Made by a program: the position numbers and the translations under genes. A stretch of 58,249 bases of DNA, filler included, from Asterionella formosa (taxonomy: Eukaryota): the NCBI GenBank assembly GCA_002256025.1. It is 5 parts of 5 records of this genome, joined end to end, with 100 filler letters (N's around TTAATTAATTAA, not from the genome) between each part and the next. Parts side by side here need not be neighbours in the genome. Positions count along the whole stretch, not along the records: positions 11,697 to 23,292 come from NKIB01008335.1; 4 more parts are not named here. One strand, given 5' to 3'. The notes under the pieces were generated by a model that was not told the DNA's origin, searched no databases, and saw nothing but the letters and a program-made list of their open reading frames with translations. Position 1 is the stretch's first letter. The number at the start of each line of letters is the position of its first letter. Shown piece after piece: positions 12,191 to 23,392 of the stretch.

Positions 12191-14700
12191 TTAAAGAGAC
12201 ATGGACATTTTGTGAATACGCTCCTTTGTCAAGACCATTTTTTTGGAGTCGTGGATAAAAATTTCAAGGCAATTCGGAGGCAATTTAACTTCAATTAAAT
12301 GTTTTGTCCTGGACATTAGAATTTCCCGCGCAGAAAACCTCTCATCAGATGAGTCAATTATGTCGGTGGTGAGAGCTGTACTCAAGGCCATTCTTAAATC
12401 ATCGTTCCAAGTCACCATCCATCCTCCAATTAGCTACTACCGTAGGAAATATGTCCTTGATAACACAAACAAAGCAATGGCACTCTTCCAGTTTCAGTGG
12501 AAACAAAAGCAATTCACAGGTACAGGTATATACACAAAGGGGTTATGACAAAGGACAACTTCTTTGGTGTCCTAAAGGTTGAATAGGAAAGGATCAATTG
12601 AGAGATCAATATTGCGTCATCATAATTGATTCTACTGACTTAAATCCTAGATATTTCATCCAGTTCGAGGCAGTAGTGACACACAGCGTCCTTAGGCCAG
12701 CCACATTCCTGAAGAATTGTTGGCTCTGTACGAATAGGTTCCTCGCCTCCAGCATTGCATTCTTTGATCAAATCTGGAAAGCACTTCTTCAAGAATGTAA
12801 ACTTGAAAGCTAGCCTATTACAGTTCAATGTTAACAAATTGGCATTCCAGTACTCCTTTACGTGGATGCTGTCCATTCCAGGATTCATCGCAAAGAAAAG
12901 TGGGCCATATTCAGATGAATATTTGAGTGAATTTGGAAACTTGCGTTCTTGTCTGAAATCAGAAAACCTTCTTTTAATAGTTTTTCCTCCACTTTTCATT
13001 TTTAAGAAGAAATGTCTTTCCAATAGCGTGCACCATATTTATGGCCTCAATGCATCTTTTGCACCAGTCAAGCTGATGTTGTTCTCCTTGCATCTACAAT
13101 TCAAGTGAAAGTGCGCAAGACCTGTATAGTGCTTTGCTCTGCAAATATGAAATATATCTACTGAATTGTCCACTGTCTGTAATAATTGTACTTTCATCTC
13201 CTTGCTCACTGGAATCATAATCATGAACCAACTCCATAATTTTCCAGGTATTGTTGGCTCCATCACAAAGAATTTTTGACATTTTCTTTGCTGCTTCTTG
13301 CTTGTGCTGTCTCACCATCATGTGGATTGAATAGATTGTCAGCTTCAGATGAAAACCAACAATTATTATCCATGCAATGGACATCATGAACAAGCCTCGG
13401 TGCTGAATCATTACAAAGTGGTAACACTGACATTGGTGATTCAATGGATTTTGTCTGATCAGCAGCACACATGAAATTGACACTTATAAAACCTGATTCT
13501 TGATTTTTGTTACCATCACATTCCTGTTGTAGTTCCGAGTACAGCACTGAAAAATGACTTAGACCATCACCCATGTGACCAACTTTGTCTCCTATTGCTC
13601 CATGTAAGGACCATGCAAAGCTCCGATTCCAAAAAGTTGTAGATGACCTGATTTAGCACACACATTTTATTGATCACACGGACCCATTCCTTAATTGAAA
13701 ACTATTGGCATTGACAGAATAAATTTTCATCTGCCATGTAAAGAAATGTTGCCTTCAGATGGCTAAACCAGATATGTTGTGTTGCTGTCATGATATGATC
13801 GAAAGGAAAGATTCCTAATGGCTCATAGTATGCGAAAAACTGATTTTGGGGTTGCCAGAGAAGTCAACAAAGTAGTAGAATCTTGTTCTCAATTTTATAG
13901 TTGATTTGTCATTATTGCCAATTTGGGTATTGAATGCAAAAACAAATGATGTGGATGGCTGAATGCAATTTCTCCCAAATGTTTTATGGAAGGCTTTGAA
14001 AAAACTCTGAGTATATGTTCTTGGGTGACTGGCTCTGGTATTTGCAAGTCTGTGATGAACACTCTTGAACTGTTGTACATATCCACTACGTTTTGTATTG
14101 ATATCCACTGGCACTGCCAATTTCCTTTGCCGTCAAATCGGAATAAATCGCATATTTTGGCAAAGATGATGATGCAATCATAATCTTTCCATTCATCCTT
14201 CATTGACAACACTCTTGATTTATCAAATCTTTGGGTGTAAACATGGGGAAGTGGAGTGGCGCATCATCATCAAACACTTCAATCTCCATCCAGACTTTCT
14301 GTGGAAGGGTTCTGTCATTCTTTTCATTGTGTATCCTCATATGGAAAAGGATTCAAAAGAATAAGACACGCACATTTTATGGGTCTCCACCGGTTGCTTG
14401 TATCCAACATATGTGTTCTATTCTTCCATTCATGCCAATCATTTAAAATGCGTTCGCTGTTTTGCCGCTGTTACTGCTGGTTCGGATGTTGCATTTCAAA
14501 GAGCAAGTATATTTCTTTAGCTTATTGTAAGGAGTAATGAAGATTGTTCAGACTACGATGGTATTATTTTCAAATTGTTTAATACGCAGGTGTCATGGTC
14601 ATCTGATTCTGTTGATGAATCAGGATTTGACTGTCCCTTGCTCCTGGAAGTAGTGGCAGTAGCAAAATTGGACGAGATCAACATGAGTGTATCTTAAGTT
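12191..14700 (-). pseudogene. Degenerate long ORF of unknown (probably TE-derived) origin
   Basis: Chain of overlapping minus-strand ORF fragments in shifting frames. Part of it (14590-14670) recurs at 49556-49635. Confidence 0.35.
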
Positions 14701-15380
14701 CTTGAAAGGATTGAAGCTTTGGGAATCGGGCAGTCGTCCTGATCTAGTAGCATTTGAATCACTCGTCACTTGCGCTCCCATGGTGCAAGAATACTGCTTT
14801 GATTAGTGCTCCACAGTTGGCTGATGATTGAGATCCTGCCACAGTGCTGTGACAATATTGTACTATCAACATCATCATCATCTTCTTCTTCTTCCAATGG
14901 CTCAAAAAGGTTTCCACAGTAAATTCTGGTCCCAAGGTAAAACGTCGCTCTCGAATGTGTGGAAAGACTCCCATTCATAACAACGCCCTTCCAAATGGTC
15001 AAGGCGGCATCCAAGCTCACCACTGTGCCCAAGAGAATGAGCTTGGCTGAGGCTTGCTGGTGCTTTGATAGCAAAAAGGCCTCTCCTCTGGCTCGTCTTT
15101 ATCAATGCAAGTACACAAGTGAGGAAATGCATGGTAAGTGTAGTTGTCTTGTCCTGTCATTATTTCTCTTGTAAGCAAAGGAGCGGATAGAATAATACTC
15201 TGGAATCAGCTGAGCCGAATTTGACATCATGGTTGATTTCAAGCAATCATGAGGGAGCAAGCAAAATATTCAGAAATTAGGTCAACAATGTTGCTTGTTG
15301 GAAATGGTGCTGGGACAAGGGTTTCCTCGTCTGAATCATGGTGGAAGAGAGGGTCGTAAATTTGGAGGAGAACTTTCCTA

Positions 15381-15810
15381 TTACGAGTATTGCTCGAATC
15401 CTTCAAACATTTATTCGATGGTACCAGGTACCCTGGGAGATTTCGATACTGCACCAGTAAGTATAGAATTACTCCCTGGGGCAATACCGTACCACGCACG
15501 ACCATACCCAGTACCGGTTATCCACAAGGAGACCGTCCGAAAGGAAATACAACGTTTATTTGATTTTGGCGTGTTGGAGAAATGCTACGACTCGGCACAT
15601 GCCGCGCCTACATTCATTATAGCAAAAAAACAGGTACTAAACTACACTTTCGCCGGATAAATGCAAATATCAAAAACGAAAACCGTTTCCTATCCCAAAA
15701 ATATCCGAACTCATCCAAGATCTTGAAGGGTTTACATATGTCACGGCATTAGACCTTAACATGGGATACTATACAATTCGTTTAGATAAAGAGGCACAAA
15801 ACTTATGTGG
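15381..15810 (+). mobile_element. Ty3/gypsy reverse transcriptase fragment (frameshifted)
   Basis: LFDG/TLGDF...PYHARPYPVP...KEIQRL...GVLE...AAPTFIIAKK...KPFPIPKI...GFTYVTALDLNMGYYTIRL. Confidence 0.85.
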
Positions 15811-15897
15811 ATCAGACGTAGTGATCTTTTAGCACTGCTAACAGCAAAAACTTCCACAAAATCCGGCTGAGAATGGACTGATATCCATCAGGCCGTT

Positions 15898-16833
15898 GCT
15901 AACGGTGGACCAAAATGCAAACCAAACAGTGTTTTGGTTTCGGTAACCCTAAAAAACGATGCTAATGGGAGTGAAAAACCCAACGCAAACACATTACGTT
16001 TAGGGGATTCCGTGCCCATATCCCAATAAGTTACCCAAACGCATTACGTTTAGGTTTTTTTTCTCCCAAAGTTACCTAAACGTAGGATTCCATATTGTCT
16101 ACTTTGAATGTAGTCACTAGAAACCCAATAAACATAATCGCACAATCACTACATATAGGACGCATCATATGCCGGTACTGGTATATCATATCTATATACA
16201 ACAATTGCTATACGGTACCGGTACCAGGGTACCAGGTACCATACCACACTGGCGAGAACAACAACAACAACAACAAATCGACTTCGATTTATTATGTGGA
16301 ACACATAAATCAATCTTCTGTCACCACGACTTCATCTTCGTCGTCCTCTTCAACTGAGGCTGCTGGTGGCGGTATCACTCTGGCAACTGGGACTGGTGCA
16401 TCGCCACGTCCCTTTGTATCAATATATCTGGTAAGTAAGTAGTAGATGTTTTGTTGCAGGTAATGGCGCATGGCCAATTCGTTTGTACCAAGACACCATT
16501 GTTTTTGTTTGCGGCATTCAATTCTCTCTGGGTTGCTGAAACTGCTGTCAGTTGTATTTCATCATGAAGAAGTGTGGTCGGAGTATATGGTAAATTGCGG
16601 GGAAAACTAACTAATTCCCAAATAGGAATTATAATATTTCATTTATAAAAGTAGTCTTATAGAAATATTTAACTTTTTTTATAATGGTTTTGTCATCCTA
16701 CGTCACAGTAGATGGGTGGTTGACAGCATTTAGGATTTCCCAAAAACCGATAGCATCGTTTTTTCGTCAGTTGACCAAAACCAAAACCAATCCAAAAAAA
16801 GTTTTTGGGTTTTGGTTTGGGTCAACGGTTAGC
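15898..16833. mobile_element. Putative non-autonomous DNA element with degenerate ~70-90 bp terminal inverted repeats
   Basis: gctaacggtggacc...ttttggtttcggt...aaaaaacgatgcta at the left matches the reverse complement of tagcatcgtttttt...ttttggtttgggtcaacggttagc at the right. Internal CATTACGTTTAGG repeats. Confidence 0.5.
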
Positions 16834-17284
16834 TAAAATGACGCTCGAGGTCATTAATCTATGTTAAATACTAATGAATGTACCTGTTGTACTGACAAGT
16901 GTTTTATTTTTTAATAGCTCGTAATTTCTCAAAATGTCCTCATCAGTCAAGAAGATTCATTCTGTATTCAACATGAATTTATATGAAGATATGCAATATT
17001 GATAAATATCTTGCTTTAGGTGATATGTGTGACTGTTTTCAATCATTTACACAAAAGCCCTTTCAACACCATATTCTATTGCTCATATAGTGCACATATC
17101 ACGAAGGGCATATGTACAAACATATATTATGATGGACAAAAGTTCCGGCATCATGGTGATGACTGAAAATGAAGAAATTTAGAGATTTTTCATGTAGAAC
17201 TCAACGACATCAGTTGGTATAGAAATAATTTCGGGTACTAACTATGATGGACAAGAGTCAAGAATTACAAACACGAGCGACATC

Positions 17285-17457
17285 ATGATCTTCCATCCAT
17301 TTCCAGCCCATCCCTGGTCAGTTCCAGTGTCAATGACCGTGTATGGTCCCTCAGGAAATTTGGCAATGCGTAAAGTGTTATTTATGGGGCGTGGGCATGT
17401 GTCTGGATTGGGTGGGTGAGATTTCCCAGTTGCGCCGTACTTGGATGCTTTGAGCAT
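17285..17457 (-). CDS. pol: N-terminal fragment of copia pol (aspartic protease), truncated
   Basis: ATG 17457 reads MLKASK...YTVIDTGTDQGWAGNGWKIM, then runs into an unrelated repeat. Confidence 0.6.
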
Positions 17458-17645
17458 GTTTTGACGTTTGATACCTGGAATTGAAGCAACAACGGTTAGC
17501 AAAACAAGTAACACCTACAAAAACTTTCGTTAATTTGTTGCTATTTTATCGTGCTAAGTTGTTCCTAAATTCCTAAGTTGGTGTACCATATGGGTCTCTC
17601 TGATGCCTAATGTCTAAGAATGATGCTTCCAGCATGGGTAGGGTT

Positions 17646-19112
17646 TTAGCCTAGCCTATTGGCAGCTTGAGCCATCGAGTGATTACTGTCGTCGTCACTG
17701 TTTGTCTTCTCGGCCTTGCGCATGGGAGACTTAATCTTCTTAGCTCGGACACGGCGTGCATCAGTCTTTTCGACTTTCTTGCGTTTGTTTCCTTTGTAGG
17801 AACCATTTCCACCCCCTTTCTTTCCTAGGGTGTTCTTGTCCTTCTCAAGAAGTTCCCTAAAGAAGTTTAAGGACTCTTCGTCTCCCTGGAGTTGGTGAAA
17901 CTTCCGGGTCTTAAATGCCTTGAGGGTGTCTTCAGTTTGTCCTCCCTTTTCCATGCCTGCATTCCCCTTTTCCTTTGTATTCTTGGGGACCTCACGATGA
18001 GTTTCATTCTTGGGCTTGGAAGGAGTCTTCCTGCCCCTGTAGATCTCATCGTCGGCATCGGGTCCCACCATTCCCAAGAGTAGGTGGTAGATCCCATCAA
18101 GGGTTCCATCCTCCTTGTACCTCTCGAGACTCTCCTTGACATCCTTCGTGTTATACTTGGGGTCAGTCAACTTGGCAGTGTACAGCTTCCACCAATTGTA
18201 ACTGTCGGGGATTTCATCTGCTTTGAGTTTCTTTTCCGTAACAATTTTCATGTACTGTGTAAGTTTACACATACACTTGGTGAACGAATTATGAAACTCG
18301 CGTAGAGATCCTCCTTCAGTAAGGCGGAGATCGTCCAGCACCTTGTTGTACTTTTTAATCCAGTGAATGACCAGTTCTTCCCCTTCATAGTAACCACGGA
18401 GTTTGTGCCAAGCTTCATGTCCATCATGCTCCTCCTTGGTGGTGAGTGCCAATCTAGCAACCGCTGTAGTTGAGATGGAAGCAACCAGCATGCCCCAGAC
18501 AAGGCCGTTTTCGTCGGGGTTCTTGAGGGCATAGTTCCGGGATTTGATTACCTTGATTAGGTTCGAGGTTGCAAAATGCCCGATACTCTGCTGGCTCCAT
18601 TCCAGCCAATCTCCATGGTCGCCGGAAAATTGTCTGAGCTGCTGGACAGGTGTAGTGAAGACACGTTGGACTGATTTGTTCCCGGGCCCCCAGTGCGTGA
18701 GAGCCGCTGGGGTAGGCCAGTTGTGAGCTACATGGCTATAGCGAGCTGCCACCTCATGTTTCATCTCATCAAAGTCCTCCGGGGTCTCCTCGATGTCCAA
18801 GAGTTGCCACTTAGCTAGGACAGTAAGCCATTCGAGAGCAGGTTGGACTGAATTGATAAATGCTGGGCTTTGGATTTGGTGGACGTTAAGAACGTTGCGC
18901 AGGTTGTCCATCCCAGTCACTTTCATGGTGGTGAGGATTTTTCTCATTGCAACAGCATCAGTATGCCCGTCTTCATCGGGGTCATCTGCATGTCTAAAAT
19001 TGACTAGGAGAAGATCGAGGACCATCTGATAGAGCTCGGGAGATATGCTTTCGGCATTATCTTCCACGGCTACATTGGCGTGGACCGCATGGTTGCGAGA
19101 AGATAGAACCAT
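17646..19112 (-). CDS. gag: Copia Gag-like protein (488 aa, intact)
   Basis: FSGD..DWLEW and DGHEAWHKLRGYYEG capsid-like motifs. Basic Lys/Arg C-terminus without a clear CCHC knuckle. Confidence 0.7.
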   Translation of the reverse strand: MVLSSRNHAVHANVAVEDNAESISPELYQMVLDLLLVNFRHADDPDEDGHTDAVAMRKILTTMKVTGMDNLRNVLNVHQIQSPAFINSVQPALEWLTVLAKWQLLDIEETPEDFDEMKHEVAARYSHVAHNWPTPAALTHWGPGNKSVQRVFTTPVQQLRQFSGDHGDWLEWSQQSIGHFATSNLIKVIKSRNYALKNPDENGLVWGMLVASISTTAVARLALTTKEEHDGHEAWHKLRGYYEGEELVIHWIKKYNKVLDDLRLTEGGSLREFHNSFTKCMCKLTQYMKIVTEKKLKADEIPDSYNWWKLYTAKLTDPKYNTKDVKESLERYKEDGTLDGIYHLLLGMVGPDADDEIYRGRKTPSKPKNETHREVPKNTKEKGNAGMEKGGQTEDTLKAFKTRKFHQLQGDEESLNFFRELLEKDKNTLGKKGGGNGSYKGNKRKKVEKTDARRVRAKKIKSPMRKAEKTNSDDDSNHSMAQAANRLG

Positions 19113-19148
19113 ATTGGGTTAGTACTCACCTGTGTGTTCGAGATAACG

Positions 19149-19764
19149 TGTTAGCCAGCTTTATAAACACAGGTGAACTTTGGGTCTTTATTCCCTTATG
19201 TTTTGTTATTGCAATCCTCTTTATTAAATTTAGTAACCACTTATCCGGGTTACACTTGGATATCCCCCACCGGGTTCCTCCATAGTAACCCCCACTCATG
19301 GAGAGGATACAAGGTAATCCCCTTGGGAACTAACCGGGTTATAGGTTCGTTCCCTACACAGAGAGCCAGTCAGGATCTAGATTACTCTAGGCCTCTTCCA
19401 TAAGGGTCAGGTGGTCCATTGCTGCTGGAAAATAGCTTCCCGTACCCTCCGGGTGCGTTACTCCCGGTTGGTGCATGGATCCGTGCAGGTTTATTATGCT
19501 CCTGCAGCATCGCATTCGCCGTACGACTCCTGCTACCCACATCACAACGTACGTATAGATGCAGTCCCTCCATAATGGCGACGTACCCGATAGACCTAGA
19601 CCTGGAGGTAATCACATTCTATCACACAAAGGAGGATTTCTCCCCACGAGGTTTTGTGTGACCCCGTCCTTGATCAGGCAGTGAGTATATTACAGTAGTT
19701 GGAATCACTACTTCCATCGCTTGCCCGTAGGAGCTACACGCCAATGTACTATGTGTACCTGACA
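19149..19764 (-). repeat. 5' LTR (~616 bp)
   Basis: Minus strand starts TGTCAG and ends CTAACA (near-inverted termini), contains AATAAA, and is followed by a PBS-like CGTTATC. Confidence 0.65.
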
Positions 19765-19769
19765 CTTAC

Positions 19770-20592
19770 CTCTTGCAGTTGGATTTTGGTCAACCCAAGG
19801 TAATTTCACTGCGGAAGTGGACTAAAATACAGAGTGGCATCAGTTGCCGGACAACAAACACAAGGAGTCACAAAATACAATAAAGATGCATACAAACGAT
19901 GTGAAATGAAAATGTCCCAACTACAAGAATCCTTCTGGAAACAGAAGGAAAAGCGACAGAACGATGGTGCAGCCTACAAGGCGCAATTCAATCGGAAAAG
20001 GAAACGAAACGAAAAAATTCATGCTGCACGATTTGAAGCTGTCAAACAAGAAAGGTACGTCAAGAAAACTGGAAAGACTTACAGCTCTGGGGTGGCTTTA
20101 TTAGAAGACCAAGATCAGGAGGCCACAACAAAGAATGCAAATGCGCAATGCAAACATTGCGGCCGGAATGATCATCAGAGAAAAAGCATCACACTCTGTC
20201 CAGTCTTTCAAGGCAAAGCGAATCAAAGTACCGGTACTGGTATTACATGTGCATCCAGTGTGGCCGGCATAAGTTTGCAACGCCCTGCAGATCAGGCAAA
20301 TCAAATGGATGTAAGTAATTCATGTTGACCAATCATATTATAAATGTGGAAGCGGGCACTTACAATGGAGTTTTTGGACAGGAGATTTTAGGACTAAAGA
20401 TTCCGGCACACGACTACCATTCCGATGATGACGTTTCGGCACTTAATAATTCTGATTCCGATATTTTGGCGAAAGTAGAAAAGGCCGATTTTGTCGAGTT
20501 TTTGGACGACGATAGCTAAATGTTGGCTGGGTCTGACGGCGATTTAGATACAACCCTAGTACCTCGAGCTGGGGGTTCAAATGCAGCAACCT
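19770..20592 (+). mobile_element. 3' end of a Kolobok/Mutator-like DNA transposon (transposase C-terminus plus terminal region)
   Basis: Frameshifted P...HCGSGLKYRVASVAGQQTQG motif, basic coiled region and CKHCGRNDH...CP Zn knuckle. 20455-20592 matches the repeat at 44170-44650. Confidence 0.5.
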
Positions 20593-20859
20593 GAAGGATA
20601 CATATTGTCTACGATGAGAAAATATTGTCTACGATGAGAAAAGGCAGCATGCTATTGTTCTGACTGGTGTGATACTTCCATTGTAAGTGCGTGTACGGTG
20701 GTACAACACATAAACCGGTATACCTAAGATCTATGATAGGTGCAGGTTTTTGAGGGGAACCTTGGCACGTTGTAATACTTCTCTGCGAATCTGCATAAAA
20801 CAACATATTTTTAATGAATAATATTTTTTACTTTTTTGTATGTATATGCTTGACTTACA

Positions 20860-21485
20860 GGTAAATTTTAGCCCTTTCATCACTCCCCCTACCGGTAGTC
20901 CAATTGTATCTGTCCCACCATCGCAAACAATGTAATCCCAATCACAGACATGGTATTCAGAATCATTTCCATTATTTGGTAACCATGATAACCATGATTT
21001 ACTTGAAAGTCTTGAAAGAAGATCACCAGTTGCATAATTAAAAATTGCCAAGGCATAGAATTGCAACAAAGTATAGTCTCTGACACTTATAAATAGTTTC
21101 GACTGCTCCATCCATCATGTCAGTGCTTTTTGTTGTGAGGAGCCAGTAATTGAAAGTGCTGTTCCATTATCAAATGATTGTCCAGCCAAGAAATGAAACA
21201 ATGGTGATGATGTAGGTGATGGGTCTGCTGGCGGTTTGAGCTTCCATATGACAATGGCAATGATGGCACCTAGTCTAAGATGCCAATCACCACAAATGTT
21301 GCCAAGACTTGCTCCCCTCCCTTGATGCCGAAAAATAGGCTTTTTCAATTGTTTCTTGGTCAAAAGTAGAGGCACTGGCAATTTCAGAATCATCGACAAG
21401 AACACACAGCATTGAATTGTAATAGTGTTGCAGATTCCAGCTGGTGGCCATGTTCATCGTGAACCTTGTTGGTGCTAGCAGGAGC
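20860..21485 (-). pseudogene. Fragment of a type-II membrane LRR gene (N-terminus/TM/LRRNT), paralog of 47052-47600
   Basis: Nucleotide match to the 47 kb gene. VDDSEI, IIAIVIW, DNGTA...SSQQ.A, DYTLLQFYALA.FNYATGD, with frameshifts. Confidence 0.8.
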
Positions 21486-21614
21486 ACTGATCATTGCAGA
21501 AAAATTAAAGCAACTTGTTTGATGTTACAGAGAATCTGGTCCTAGCTACTACTGGTAGCGCTACTATTAGCAACGTGTCAGGCTACATAGTACAGTAGGA
21601 GTGAGAGTGGAAAT

Positions 21615-21700
21615 TGCGGAGACAAAACCGATACATACAGGCATTTCCTCTTATACCTGCGGAGACAAAACCGATACATACAGGCATTTCCTCTTATACC
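21615..21700. repeat. Exact 43-bp tandem duplication
   Basis: TGCGGAGACAAAACCGATACATACAGGCATTTCCTCTTATACC x2. Confidence 0.95.
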
Positions 21701-22702
21701 GGTATTCTAGACGCTACACTCTACACTATATACTCTTTCCGGTAGTATTTCTGTTATTACATCAAATCTGATGAAATCCATATCTTAGCTGAATTTGCTA
21801 CCGGTATACTTTTACCGTAGGTAAAATTTGTTGGATCGACGTGACGTGACGTGATTGATGTTATGTAGAGATGCATCTGATGCTAACGGTACCTGGTAGT
21901 ACAGTACGATACCCAGTAACAGTACCAGTGCCAGGGGACCACAGTTTGAACCAGCTTATTACAAAGCCTCAAGCATGTGTATTGAGGTGGGTAGGCGCAG
22001 GTACGAAACTACACTCTACCAGGACCACTATTGGAACCAGCATACCGGTATACAGAATCGTGCATGCCAATTGAGACGGGCAAGCGCAGGTTCGAACACT
22101 TGTCTTTGCATTGTTTGAACAAAATTCCGTTCCCTCATGTTTTTCCACCTGGAATCTTTTTTTAACGTAGAAAATATACCAATGACGTAGATGATGACGT
22201 GTTTTCAGCACCTTTTATCAGATGTAAAAATGATACCAATATGCATACGGTACCCTGGTACTATGTGAAGATATTAGCAATCATACTGGCTGAGGAACCC
22301 CCAATGTGGAGCGACTTTTAATGTCCACTTCCACCTTCTATAGATTATTCCATACCGGTACCGATCGAGACCTTTCCAATATACCTGATACCGCAACGAC
22401 AGGTATTGTACTGATGTATCTGAATAGCTCGTACCACCTAATTAATTGCTCAAGCTGTCCTCATCAGTCATGCAACTATTTTACACAAGATTCATCCTTT
22501 ATTCTACTATAATACATACATATACAAATACATTCATTCATACATACATACATAGATGAGGGACAAAAGTTCCGGTATGACTGAATGAATTTTTGGACCT
22601 TGCTGTTATGTAGAATTGAACGACATGAGATGGAAGCGAAACTATTATCCCGTAAAATAAGGGCAGGACTCGAGATTAAACAACGAGAACAAGAAATCAA
22701 AC

Positions 22703-23292
22703 ATGGCGCATATTGCACCTTCACTCCATGCTTCATACGCCCGTACCCACCATGAAGCTCCAATTGTGAATGAGCATGGCGTACAAGCAGAGTACGTAAG
22801 GAATGGACTCTGTCCTTATCATCCAGACATTCAGCTTCGCAAAAAGAATGCGTTTGGAGTTTGGAAGACTGTACGAGACAGCTGCCCAAAATGCGATCGT
22901 CTGAATAGTACCCAAGGGGCTACTGCTCCAGTGACTCCAATGCCTCAGCAGTCTCCTTCTTTGCCAGCAACCCAAATTCCAACCACTTCAATTCAGTCTC
23001 CAATTGCTGCAATTCTTTCAAAGATGAGATTGAATGAACGGAATGCTGACATTCAAGAAGAAGGTCTCTTTGAACTTCAGAACTTGGCTGCGAATGATGA
23101 AAACCACAGGGTGACGATTGCTGCAGCAGGAGGTATCACTACGATTCTGTCTGCAATGAAGACTCATTCCTCCAATGCTACTGTGCAAGAAAAAGGTTGT
23201 GGAGCACTTTGTAGCTTGGCTTTGAATAATGACAAGAACAAGGTGACAATTGCTGAAGCAGGAGGTATCATTACGATTCTGTCTGCAATGAA
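22703..23292 (+). CDS. CPxHP...CPxC-domain plus armadillo-repeat protein, truncated at contig end
   Basis: GLCPYHPDIQLRKK...WKTVRDSCPKC, P/S/T linker, then 42-aa ARM repeats (N..N.VTIA.AGGI.TILSAM). Confidence 0.8.
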
Positions 23293-23392
23293 NNNNNNNN
23301 NNNNNNNNNNNNNNNNNNNNNNNNNNNNNNNNNNNNTTAATTAATTAANNNNNNNNNNNNNNNNNNNNNNNNNNNNNNNNNNNNNNNNNNNN
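23293..23392. other. Artificial contig-join linker
   Basis: N44-TTAATTAATTAA-N44. Confidence 0.97.

Larger units (their letters stand above)
17285..19764 (-). mobile_element. 5' part of a Ty1/copia LTR retrotransposon (5' LTR, gag, start of pol protease); 3'-truncated
   Basis: LTR with TG...CA termini, gag ORF, and aspartic protease motif VIDTG in a separate downstream ORF. Confidence 0.75.
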
